From Nanopusillaceae archaeon (GTDB lineage Archaea; Nanobdellota; Nanobdellia; Nanobdellales; Nanobdellaceae): a DNA stretch of 20,287 nucleotides. This document shows, piece after piece, positions 1 through 6,472 of the stretch (its first letter is position 1; the number at the start of each line of letters is the position of its first letter). A program made the translations under genes and the position numbers. The DNA is taken from assembly GCA_038735675.1 (NCBI GenBank), contig JAVYNJ010000010.1, forward strand, positions 1-20,287, read 5' to 3'. The notes under the pieces are model-generated. The model was not told where the DNA came from. It searched no databases and saw only the letters and a program-made list of their open reading frames with translations.

Positions 1-731
1 TCATTATAGCCTTTTATTAACGTTATTCTAGCAACTCTTCTAGTTTTTAATTTTGATGCTATTTCTAGAGATTTTAAAAATCTTTCCCAATAATCTGGAT
101 ATAAAGGCACTGATATTTCCTTATAACTTTCTTTAGTAGGACCTGTAAAAGAAATGTATAACTGGGTTGGTAAACTATTCTTATTTTTCATTTCTTCTAA
201 ACCTTCAGGAACTTGACCAGAAGTTACTACAAATATAGATTTTACCCATTTCCAATTTTTCTTAATATACTCTATACTTTCTGGTACGAAAGGATATAAT
301 AGCGGCTCTCCAGATAAAGAAAAAGTTACATGTGTTGGTTTATCAATTATTTGATTTAGTAATTCTTTATTTGCTTTAGGATTTCCATAAAATCCAATTA
401 ATAACTTTTTTCTTAGTTCCCTTAATTTTTCTAGGGTTTCTTCCGGAGAATCTACCAGATTTTTTGGTAATATATTTATATATGGTTCAAAATCTGAATT
501 TGTTCTCCAGCAATATATACATCTATTCGGACACCAAACTACAGATTGAGTAATTTGCATACATCCTGCTGTAGAAACGCCATAAAACTTATTTTTATAG
601 CAATTTCTTCCATTAATTATTGATTCTTTAGTCCAATGACATATTTCAATTGCAGAATGGTTGTAAATTCCGTATCCAGCTTTTTTTAATTGATCTTCAT
701 ATTCCTTGTTGTGAATTGTCCATTTTTGCAT
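1..731 (-). CDS. taw1: tRNA 4-demethylwyosine synthase (Taw1/TYW1 family, radical SAM), N-terminal ~243 codons; the 3' end runs off the left window edge
   Basis: Absent from the ORF track because the window edge truncates it. Manual reverse-complement translation from the ATG at 731-729 gives MQKWTIHNKEYEDQLKKAGYGIYNHSAIEICHWTKESIINGRNCYKNKFYGVSTAGCMQITQSVVWCPNRCIYCWRTNSDFEPY... This contains the radical-SAM CxxxCxxC motif (CPNRCIYCWR). It is preceded by the extra HSA.E.CHW..K..CYK..FYG Cys segment characteristic of Taw1/TYW1. Confidence 0.8.
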   Translation of the reverse strand, partial: MQKWTIHNKEYEDQLKKAGYGIYNHSAIEICHWTKESIINGRNCYKNKFYGVSTAGCMQITQSVVWCPNRCIYCWRTNSDFEPYINILPKNLVDSPEETLEKLRELRKKLLIGFYGNPKANKELLNQIIDKPTHVTFSLSGEPLLYPFVPESIEYIKKNWKWVKSIFVVTSGQVPEGLEEMKNKNSLPTQLYISFTGPTKESYKEISVPLYPDYWERFLKSLEIASKLKTRRVARITLIKGYN

Positions 732-752
732 AAATTATTTTACTTAAGAAAA

Positions 753-760
753 TTTATATA
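753..760 (-). promoter_or_regulatory. TATA-like box (tatataaa on the minus strand) 22-29 nt upstream of the taw1 ATG; implies a leaderless or very short-leader mRNA
   Basis: The minus strand reads CTGA tatataaattttcttaagtaaaataattt ATG. The position fits archaeal TATA spacing if transcription starts at or near the ATG. The AT-rich background makes such matches weak evidence. Confidence 0.35.
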
Positions 761-809
761 TCAGTGAACTCGGCAATCATCATTGTTCAGATGAGAAAGC
801 CATCATCAC
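761..809 (-). ncRNA. box C/D sRNA (2'-O-methylation guide RNA), canonical archaeal C-guide-D'-C'-guide-D layout
   Basis: The minus strand reads GTGATGA (box C, 809-803), tggctttctcat (12 nt, 802-791), CTGA (D', 790-787), aca, ATGATGA (C', 783-777), ttgccgagttca (12 nt, 776-765), CTGA (D, 764-761). All four boxes match RUGAUGA/CUGA exactly and both spacers are exactly 12 nt. Confidence 0.8.
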
Positions 810-1196
810 ATTTCCTAAATAATCATAAATTTTCAAATTTAAAATCCTAATATCATTACCAAAAGAAGATTCTGCAATTTCCTTTATAATAAGGTTATCT
901 AGTTTTTCATTAGAACACCAAGCAACATCTATATCTAAAATTATTTCCGAATCATTACTATAACTGCTAATTACAATATGTGAAGAAGAAAGAATGGAAA
1001 TATATGTAAAATCTTTAAAATCTTTATTTTTAGATGGAAAGAAAAATATGTAATCATATAAGATTTCGCTTTTTAATTTTTTTGATAACTTCTTAGCAAA
1101 ATCCTTTATTTTTTCTATTTCTAAATATTTATTTAGTTTTATTAGCATAAAAGCTCTTTGAACATTTTTATAATCAATGTATTTATATCCCGCCAT
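780..1196 (-). CDS. Divergent S-adenosylmethionine decarboxylase-like (SpeH/SpeD pyruvoyl-enzyme fold) protein
   Basis: 138-aa ORF. The segment FTYISILSSSHIVISSYSNDSEIILDIDVAWCSNE aligns by eye to the archaeal/bacterial AdoMetDC core (..vvlLaESHisiHTwPE.g.aaiDvftCG..). The Ser-His of the self-cleavage site and the downstream Cys are kept, but ES is SS and HTWPE is not conserved. The last ~10 codons (NVMMAFSSEQ) plus the stop lie inside the C/D sRNA. Confidence 0.4.
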   Translation of the reverse strand: MAGYKYIDYKNVQRAFMLIKLNKYLEIEKIKDFAKKLSKKLKSEILYDYIFFFPSKNKDFKDFTYISILSSSHIVISSYSNDSEIILDIDVAWCSNEKLDNLIIKEIAESSFGNDIRILNLKIYDYLGNVMMAFSSEQ

Positions 1197-1320
1197 TTAT
1201 ATTATATTTTTTAACATCTCTTAAAAATATTTTTTGCTTAAAAATATCGTTTTCTGTTAAAAAAAATAAAATTTTTTTGTTTTTTTATTCTATTTTTACT
1301 AAAAAACGTTTAAAACAGAA

Positions 1321-1329
1321 TTTTTATAA
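1321..1329 (+). promoter_or_regulatory. Candidate TATA box (tttttataa) about 26-34 nt upstream of the tRNA-Gln 5' end
   Basis: Position relative to the mature tRNA 5' end at 1355. Low specificity in AT-rich DNA. Confidence 0.25.
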
Positions 1330-1354
1330 CTCTTTTAATAAAAAATAATATTAT

Positions 1355-1427
1355 AGCCCCGTCGTCTAGTGGCCTAGGATTCGGGGCTCTGGTCCCCGAG
1401 ACCGGGGTTCAAATCCCCGCGGGGCTA
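1355..1427 (+). tRNA. tRNA-Gln, anticodon CUG; no encoded CCA, no intron
   Basis: Hand-folded cloverleaf. Acceptor AGCCCCG/CGGGGCT (1355-1361 with 1420-1426), discriminator A1427. D stem GTCT/GGAT with an AGTGGCCTA loop. Anticodon stem CGGGG/CCCCG with loop C-T-CTG-G-T (anticodon 1389-1391). 4-nt variable region. T stem CGGGG/CCCCG with a TTCAAAT loop. 73 nt, 49 of them G/C. Confidence 0.93.
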
Positions 1428-1435
1428 GTAAAAAA

Positions 1436-1450
1436 TTTTTTTATTTTTTT
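1436..1450 (+). terminator. Two T7 runs (tttttttattttttt) directly downstream of the tRNA; archaeal oligo-T terminator candidate
   Basis: T7-A-T7 starts 9 nt after the tRNA 3' end. Oligo-T tracts are the known archaeal termination signal. Confidence 0.45.
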
Positions 1451-1464
1451 AAATAAAATCTTAT

Positions 1465-2514
1465 ATGAAAAATAAATTAATCTTAATTATATTTTTGCTA
1501 TTTCTGATTTTTATTTCAATATTTTTAATATTTTATCAAGATTATCAAAAATTAAAAAAAGAATTAATCATCCTAACTTCTGAGAAAGAGGAATTAATTA
1601 AAAATTTGGATAATTTAAAGAAAGAATATTCTATTTTGAATGAAAGTTATAATATTTTAAATTATGAGAAGGAAAAACTAAATAAAAGCTTAGAAGAGTT
1701 AAAGAAAGAATATTTTATTCTAAATAAAAATTATTCCGATTTGCTTAATAGTCATCAAACACTAGAAAGAAAATATAACGAATTAAGTATTAATTATTCC
1801 TTAGTTTCGGATCAATATATGAATTATTTAGAATACAAAAGTAGATTGCAAAATTATGTTTTTTATAATTTAAATTATGATTTTTCTAGAGAACCCTTTA
1901 TTAGTACTATTGAAAATTATTGTATTTCGGGAAGAACGCTAAATTATCCTTGTTTGATTAGTATATTAAAAAACAAGTTTGGATTTTCATATAGAGAATT
2001 AGAAATATTTTATGATAGAGTTGATATAGAAGAATTTATAAGAAGTAAATCGGGTGATTGTAAATCTTGGTCTTTTTTTTCCGTTGCAATAATAAACTAT
2101 TTTTACAGAATAGGAAAAATAGATAGTATAATTCTTTATCAACCATATCGTGGAGAGAGATTTATACTTTACTATGACGGACCCGTTTACTATTACTATC
2201 CGGATGCAAAAGATTTTATGATTGATCTTAGAAAAAGACAATATTTGTATGTTTTTTGTTATTATAATTTATTAGGATCTTCCGGACATTGCATTTCCGG
2301 AGTTTCTAATGTTATTATCAATCCTGAAAATCTTGAAACATCTGAAGTACTTTTATTTGAATCACAAGATGGAAGATATTTAGGAACTTTAAAAGAATTT
2401 TTAGTAAAAAATAGAGAAGTTTTCTTATCCTATATTTTTCTACAGAGCGGACATTTCTATTTTAGACCGCTTGATTTACTACAATGGGGGGAAGATGTAT
2501 GGGTCTGGATATAA
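1465..2514 (+). CDS. Membrane-anchored coiled-coil protein with a C-terminal globular domain carrying a possible transglutaminase-like/papain-like Cys-His-Asp core
   Basis: The N-terminus KLILIIFLLFLIFISIFLIF is a signal-anchor/TM segment. Residues ~27-125 are heptad-rich (LKKEL..LKKEYSILNESYNILN..LKKEYFILNKNY) with an in-frame 28-codon internal duplication. The C-terminal domain has SGDCKSWSFFSVAIINYF (resembles the G.C.dFa.l TGase-core motif), then SSGHCISG and FESQDG as candidate His and Asp. Confidence 0.6.
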   Translation: MKNKLILIIFLLFLIFISIFLIFYQDYQKLKKELIILTSEKEELIKNLDNLKKEYSILNESYNILNYEKEKLNKSLEELKKEYFILNKNYSDLLNSHQTLERKYNELSINYSLVSDQYMNYLEYKSRLQNYVFYNLNYDFSREPFISTIENYCISGRTLNYPCLISILKNKFGFSYRELEIFYDRVDIEEFIRSKSGDCKSWSFFSVAIINYFYRIGKIDSIILYQPYRGERFILYYDGPVYYYYPDAKDFMIDLRKRQYLYVFCYYNLLGSSGHCISGVSNVIINPENLETSEVLLFESQDGRYLGTLKEFLVKNREVFLSYIFLQSGHFYFRPLDLLQWGEDVWVWI

Positions 2515-2539
2515 GAATAAAAAAATATTATAAAAATTT

Positions 2540-3418
2540 ATGGCACTTTTCAATATCTCCTCTGTTGCAATTATTGGTGCTTCTCCAAAAGAAGGAAAAG
2601 TTGGAAATATTATTTTAAAAAATTTTTTAGAGGACTTTAAAGGAAAAATATATCCTGTAAATCCAAATTACAATGAAATTTATGGTTTAAAGTGTTATCC
2701 ATCAATATTAGATATAGAAGATACGATAGATTTGGTGATAATTTCAGTCCCAGCTGATAAAGTTCCAAAAATTGTTGAAGAAGCCGGAAAAAAGAAAGTA
2801 AAATTGGGAATTATTATTTCTGCAGGATTTTCTGAAATAGGCGAAGAAGGCAAAAAAATGGAAGAAGAAATATTGAAATACTCCGATATGTATGGAATTA
2901 GAATAATTGGACCGAATTGTATGGGAATTTATGATCCTTATAATGGTATAGATACATTTTTTGTTGATAGAAATAGATTAAAAAGACCAGGAAAAGGAAA
3001 AATATCATTATTATCGCAATCGGGGGCTATAGCTTTGGCATTTTTAGAATATGCAAGTTCAAAAAATATAGGAGTTTCAAAAATAATATCTTACGGTAAT
3101 AAAATAGATATAGATGAAATAGATATTCTAAAAGAATTGAAAGATGATGAAAATACGAAATACATTTTTATTTATATGGAAGGACTAAGAAAAAATAGAG
3201 GTAAAGACTTTATAGAAATTATAAAAAATTACGAAAAGCCAATAGTAATATTAAAAGCGGGGAAAACAAATAGGGGAAATTTAGCTGCAATATCGCATAC
3301 TGCATCTATGGTAGGAAATTATGATGTATATAGAAATGTTTTTAGGAGATTTAATATTATAGAGGCTAAAGATTTTCATGAGTTTATGATATATTTAAAG
3401 ACTGCAGCTTACTTATAA
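2540..3418 (+). CDS. acdA: ADP-forming acetyl-CoA synthetase alpha subunit (NDP-forming acyl-CoA synthetase), N-terminal CoA-binding and CoA-ligase part; ends at an in-frame TAA
   Basis: SVAIIGASPKEGKVGNIILKNF (CoA-binding Rossmann start), YPVNP, DLVIISVPA, GIRIIGPNCMGI, SQSGA, and the phosphohistidine loop LAAISHTASMVGN. The family normally continues uninterrupted into the next ORF. Confidence 0.85.
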   Translation: MALFNISSVAIIGASPKEGKVGNIILKNFLEDFKGKIYPVNPNYNEIYGLKCYPSILDIEDTIDLVIISVPADKVPKIVEEAGKKKVKLGIIISAGFSEIGEEGKKMEEEILKYSDMYGIRIIGPNCMGIYDPYNGIDTFFVDRNRLKRPGKGKISLLSQSGAIALAFLEYASSKNIGVSKIISYGNKIDIDEIDILKELKDDENTKYIFIYMEGLRKNRGKDFIEIIKNYEKPIVILKAGKTNRGNLAAISHTASMVGNYDVYRNVFRRFNIIEAKDFHEFMIYLKTAAYL

Positions 3419-3421
3419 AAA

Positions 3422-3889
3422 ATGGTCATATATATCTATACTAACGGCGGTGGGATGGGTGTTTTAACTGCTGATTATTTAGAATCTTTTAATATTAATT
3501 TAGAGGAAACTCCAGATGACATTAAAATAAAATTAAAAGAAAAGCTACCATATTTCGCATCCTTGAGAAATCCTATAGATACTACTGCTAATGCTACCGA
3601 AGATCAGTATATAGACGGACTAAAAATAATCTTAGAAGACTTAAGAACAGAGGCAATCTTAGCGATATTATTACCGCAGTTACCACATTATACCGAAAAT
3701 ATTGTTGAAAAAATAGTGCAAATAAGCAAAAATAAAAATACTCCAATATTTTTTGTAATTTATGGTGGAGATTATTCTTTGAAAATAAAGGAAAAATTAG
3801 AAAAATATTTTTTAGTTTTTGATACACCCGAGGAAGCTTCTAAGGCTCTGTTATTTTATTTAAAAGTGAAAAATAAATATCCTTACTAG
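3422..3889 (+). CDS. acdA: ADP-forming acetyl-CoA synthetase alpha subunit, C-terminal domain; same frame as 2540-3418 and separated only by TAA-AAA
   Basis: MVIYIYTNGGGMGVLTADYLE matches the family segment (r)vaiiTNaGGpGvlaaD. NPIDTTANATEDQY matches NPvDm.a.a....y. Both 2540 and 3422 are congruent to 2 mod 3. Confidence 0.8.
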   Translation: MVIYIYTNGGGMGVLTADYLESFNINLEETPDDIKIKLKEKLPYFASLRNPIDTTANATEDQYIDGLKIILEDLRTEAILAILLPQLPHYTENIVEKIVQISKNKNTPIFFVIYGGDYSLKIKEKLEKYFLVFDTPEEASKALLFYLKVKNKYPY

Positions 3890-3927
3890 GTAGTAAATAT
3901 TAAAAAATTTATAAACAAAAAACTTAT

Positions 3928-4539
3928 ATGGGGTTAAGTTTAGAAAATGATTTTAACTATGTAATTTTGTTTGATAAAGGAAATTTAGATATAGAAATGA
4001 AATATCTATCATTTCAAAATTTGGATGAGATATTAGAGAATTTTTCTGATTTTTTAGTGAGATTAGAATATCAACCAGTTATCGGAGAGATATATACTGA
4101 TATATTTTTGCCTTTTAAATTGGAAAACAAGAATAATGGATTGGAAGAAATCATTTTCTCTGTTGAAAGGGGATATTTTGTCTTTAAAAAAGTTGGAGAT
4201 CCTTCAGACAATGTTGTAGTGCGTGGAAAAACTTTTTATAATATTCCAATGTTTTTAGAAAAAATAAAAGATAATTCTTATACTTTAAGATTTTTTTTAG
4301 ATGAAGAAGCGATAGCGCACTACATTTTTCATAAGAAGGTAGAAATATTTGATATTTTGAGATTTCCAATAACTACAATATCTATAGATTATTTTTATAA
4401 ATCAGATTTGAAATCAACAAAAATTGAAAATATTTATTTTTATCCCACAATAATTGAGGTCAAAAATCAGGAAGATTTCTTAAATATTTTATCTAAGGCA
4501 ATTAACGAGAGCTATAAAAATCCTTCTTATATAATTTAA
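3928..4539 (+). CDS. Hypothetical protein, 203 aa, no recognisable motif
   Basis: Long ORF with no competing gene, and its composition is not purely low-complexity. No motif recognised. Confidence 0.55.
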   Translation: MGLSLENDFNYVILFDKGNLDIEMKYLSFQNLDEILENFSDFLVRLEYQPVIGEIYTDIFLPFKLENKNNGLEEIIFSVERGYFVFKKVGDPSDNVVVRGKTFYNIPMFLEKIKDNSYTLRFFLDEEAIAHYIFHKKVEIFDILRFPITTISIDYFYKSDLKSTKIENIYFYPTIIEVKNQEDFLNILSKAINESYKNPSYII

Positions 4540-4575
4540 ATAGTTTGATTTCAAATTTTATGTTAATATTTACTA

Positions 4576-5403
4576 TTAAATTACATTATCTAAAGATTTT
4601 TCTTGTTCTTCAATAGATTTTTTCATATTATTTATTTCCTCTTGTGATATATCTTCTATTTTTACGTAATTTCCATGCATCTTGATGTATTTATTCCAAT
4701 GTATATATATGCCATCTTCTAGTATATCCATTGGATGTCTTAACATGCTATGTTTAGTATCTCTCATCTTCCAAACTATAATAGATCTATACAATTTTCC
4801 GTCGATTTCATCCAAATCTAATCTAATTATACCATCTACAGCATGTTCTACGCCAGGACCTCCAAAACCTCTTTCTCCTACGGAAACTTGAGATATAAAG
4901 ATTGCTGTACAATTCATTCCAGATATAACCCTCTTTAATAGCATTACAGTTCCTCTTGCAGTTGCAGGCTTTGTCAAATATAAGGTTGATATGGAATCTA
5001 TTACTATTCTTTTTGCATTTATTTCTTTAATTGCTTGTTTTAATAAATCTGATAATTCAAAAACATCATCTATCTGCTTTAAAATATATTTTTCTCGTTG
5101 TATTGCTGTTCCAAGACCCCCAGTAAAAGCATCTATTATTGCAAATTTCCCATCTTTTTCAAATTGCGTAATATCCCATCCAAAGTTTTTGAAGCTTTTT
5201 CTAATAGCTATTGGATGTTCTTCTAATGCAACAAAAATGCCATTTTCTCCTCTAATTAGGCCATTATATAGAAATTGTTTACCTAAAATAGACTTTCCTG
5301 TTCCCGGACCACCAGATAGCAGAACAATGCTTCTTTCTGGAATTCCACCGAATAAGATTTCATCAAATCCAGGAATATACGTTTTTATTTTTTTTATTAT
5401 CAT
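4576..5403 (-). CDS. KaiC-like / aRadC-type RecA-superfamily ATPase (single domain)
   Basis: [40 protein letters not shown] (Walker A in the typical KaiC/RadA-paralog context), [11 protein letters not shown], Walker B-like [10 protein letters not shown], and a ~40-aa charged C-terminal tail. Confidence 0.8.
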   Translation of the reverse strand: MIIKKIKTYIPGFDEILFGGIPERSIVLLSGGPGTGKSILGKQFLYNGLIRGENGIFVALEEHPIAIRKSFKNFGWDITQFEKDGKFAIIDAFTGGLGTAIQREKYILKQIDDVFELSDLLKQAIKEINAKRIVIDSISTLYLTKPATARGTVMLLKRVISGMNCTAIFISQVSVGERGFGGPGVEHAVDGIIRLDLDEIDGKLYRSIIVWKMRDTKHSMLRHPMDILEDGIYIHWNKYIKMHGNYVKIEDISQEEINNMKKSIEEQEKSLDNVI

Positions 5404-5426
5404 ATAATATTATTATTTTGAAATTT

Positions 5427-5651
5427 TTAATCTTTTTTTGATATTAAATTATTTGTTATCGATTTTAAATATTCTCTAGCACTTTTTGAATCTTCAAAGC
5501 ATTTTATTATAGAATTTCCATATTTTTTAGATAGTATGATAAATGTCTTATTGCAAAATTTACATCTAATAGATCTTTCCAATGTTTTTTTACTTCTGAT
5601 TTCTTTTATAAATATTTTTTTACATATTGGACATTTTATGATACAAAACAT
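5427..5651 (-). CDS. Small zinc-ribbon protein (CPxC...CxxC), DUF1922-like
   Basis: MFCIIKCPICKKIF...RCKFCNKTF is followed by a helical tail (SKSAREYLKSI). The layout resembles the archaeal DUF1922/MTH1184-type small Zn-ribbon proteins as I recall them. Its start lies 1 nt after the upstream gene's stop. Confidence 0.55.
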   Translation of the reverse strand: MFCIIKCPICKKIFIKEIRSKKTLERSIRCKFCNKTFIILSKKYGNSIIKCFEDSKSAREYLKSITNNLISKKD

Positions 5652-5652
5652 T

Positions 5653-6177
5653 TTAACATGTTTTATTTAACTCATCTAATTTATAGTAATCCTTTTCAAA
5701 ATTTTCTAAAGAATATTTACAATCTCTTTTTAGAATATTTAAGCTGTTATAATCTTTTTTAAAAGGGAATATTATAATGTTTCTGCTACAAATGCACTTA
5801 CAAAGAGAACCAGTTTCAATTTCTTCTATAAAAATATTTCTATTTATTTTATAAATTTTAAAATCAGTTCCACAACAATTTGTAATTAATCTTAAAAATA
5901 AAGTTGAATTACTGAGGTATACATATTCTTCTAAATTATTCTCATCACATTTTAAGATTATGTAGGTAAAATAATTATTTTTTTGGTTTTCAAGTAAAAA
6001 AATTAAATAGCTTATGAAAATAATAAATAAAACTATTAAAAAAACCATGAAATTATTGTTTTTTACAATTTTTTTTACTTCTTTTTTGTTGACCATTAAA
6101 TTACACTTATTTTTAAACTTTTTATAATATTGATCACTTATGATGTGGAAATGTGAAGTTTGTGGTTTTGTATACAA
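5653..6177 (-). CDS. Single-pass membrane protein with a Cys-rich (8 Cys) C-terminal domain; the true start is probably Met28 at 6096
   Basis: TM segment FMVFLIVLFIIFISYLIFLL, then a domain with C..CC..C.C.C..C..C. The first 27 codons overlap the divergent gene starting at 6140. Starting at MVNKKEV (6096) removes that overlap. Confidence 0.55.
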   Translation of the reverse strand: MYTKPQTSHFHIISDQYYKKFKNKCNLMVNKKEVKKIVKNNNFMVFLIVLFIIFISYLIFLLENQKNNYFTYIILKCDENNLEEYVYLSNSTLFLRLITNCCGTDFKIYKINRNIFIEEIETGSLCKCICSRNIIIFPFKKDYNSLNILKRDCKYSLENFEKDYYKLDELNKTC

Positions 6178-6472
6178 AGGAGAAAATCTTCCAGAAAAAT
6201 GTCCAAAATGTGGAGCTCCAAAAGAAAAGTTTAGAAAACTAAATGAAGAAGAAGAAAAATTAATTGAGAGATCTCAACTAACAAATAATTTACATATACA
6301 AGCTTTATTATTATTAGAAGATCTATTAGATATTGCTGATGCTGGAATAGAAGATAATTTGGATCCTGGATGTTATAAAATATTTCAAGAGGAGAAGAAT
6401 TTTGCTATTGAAATGATACAAAAAATAAAGGCAGAATTGGAAGCTCATATGAAAAAAGGAAAGTTTGGATGA
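6140..6472 (+). CDS. Rubredoxin-like (rubrerythrin C-terminal type) metal-ribbon protein with a helical C-terminal half
   Basis: WKCEVCGFVYKGENLPEKCPKCGAPKEKF is the classic rubredoxin-like CxxC...CPxCG knuckle pair found at rubrerythrin C-termini. The remaining ~75 aa are helical, with no ExxH di-iron motifs that I can see. Confidence 0.65.
   Translation: MMWKCEVCGFVYKGENLPEKCPKCGAPKEKFRKLNEEEEKLIERSQLTNNLHIQALLLLEDLLDIADAGIEDNLDPGCYKIFQEEKNFAIEMIQKIKAELEAHMKKGKFG

Noticed and set aside
1999-2241. 80-aa minus-strand ORF. Similar antisense ORFs occur at 3594-3827, 4184-4369, 11569-11760 and 12693-12938.
   Set aside because: All are embedded antisense in longer ORFs that either have recognisable homology or occupy the locus better. 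Their I/F/K/L-rich composition is typical of chance ORFs in AT-rich DNA.
3416-3418. The idea that the in-frame TAA in the acetyl-CoA synthetase gene reflects a reassigned stop codon
   Set aside because: Well-supported genes in the window (for example phr, the SPFH protein, tyrS and aspS) terminate at TAA where their homology ends, so TAA functions as a stop here.
4682-5407. Two plus-strand ORFs (4682-4891, 4991-5407) from the six-frame track
   Set aside because: They lie entirely antisense to the well-supported KaiC-like gene. Their translations are low-complexity with no motifs. They are shadow ORFs.
6097-6177. The first 27 codons of the 174-aa membrane-protein ORF (MYTKPQTSHFHIISDQYYKKFKNKCNL)
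   Set aside because: This extension overlaps the divergent rubredoxin-like gene start by 38 nt and would leave no promoter space. Met28 (6096), just before the TM segment, is a more plausible start. The extension cannot be excluded without data.
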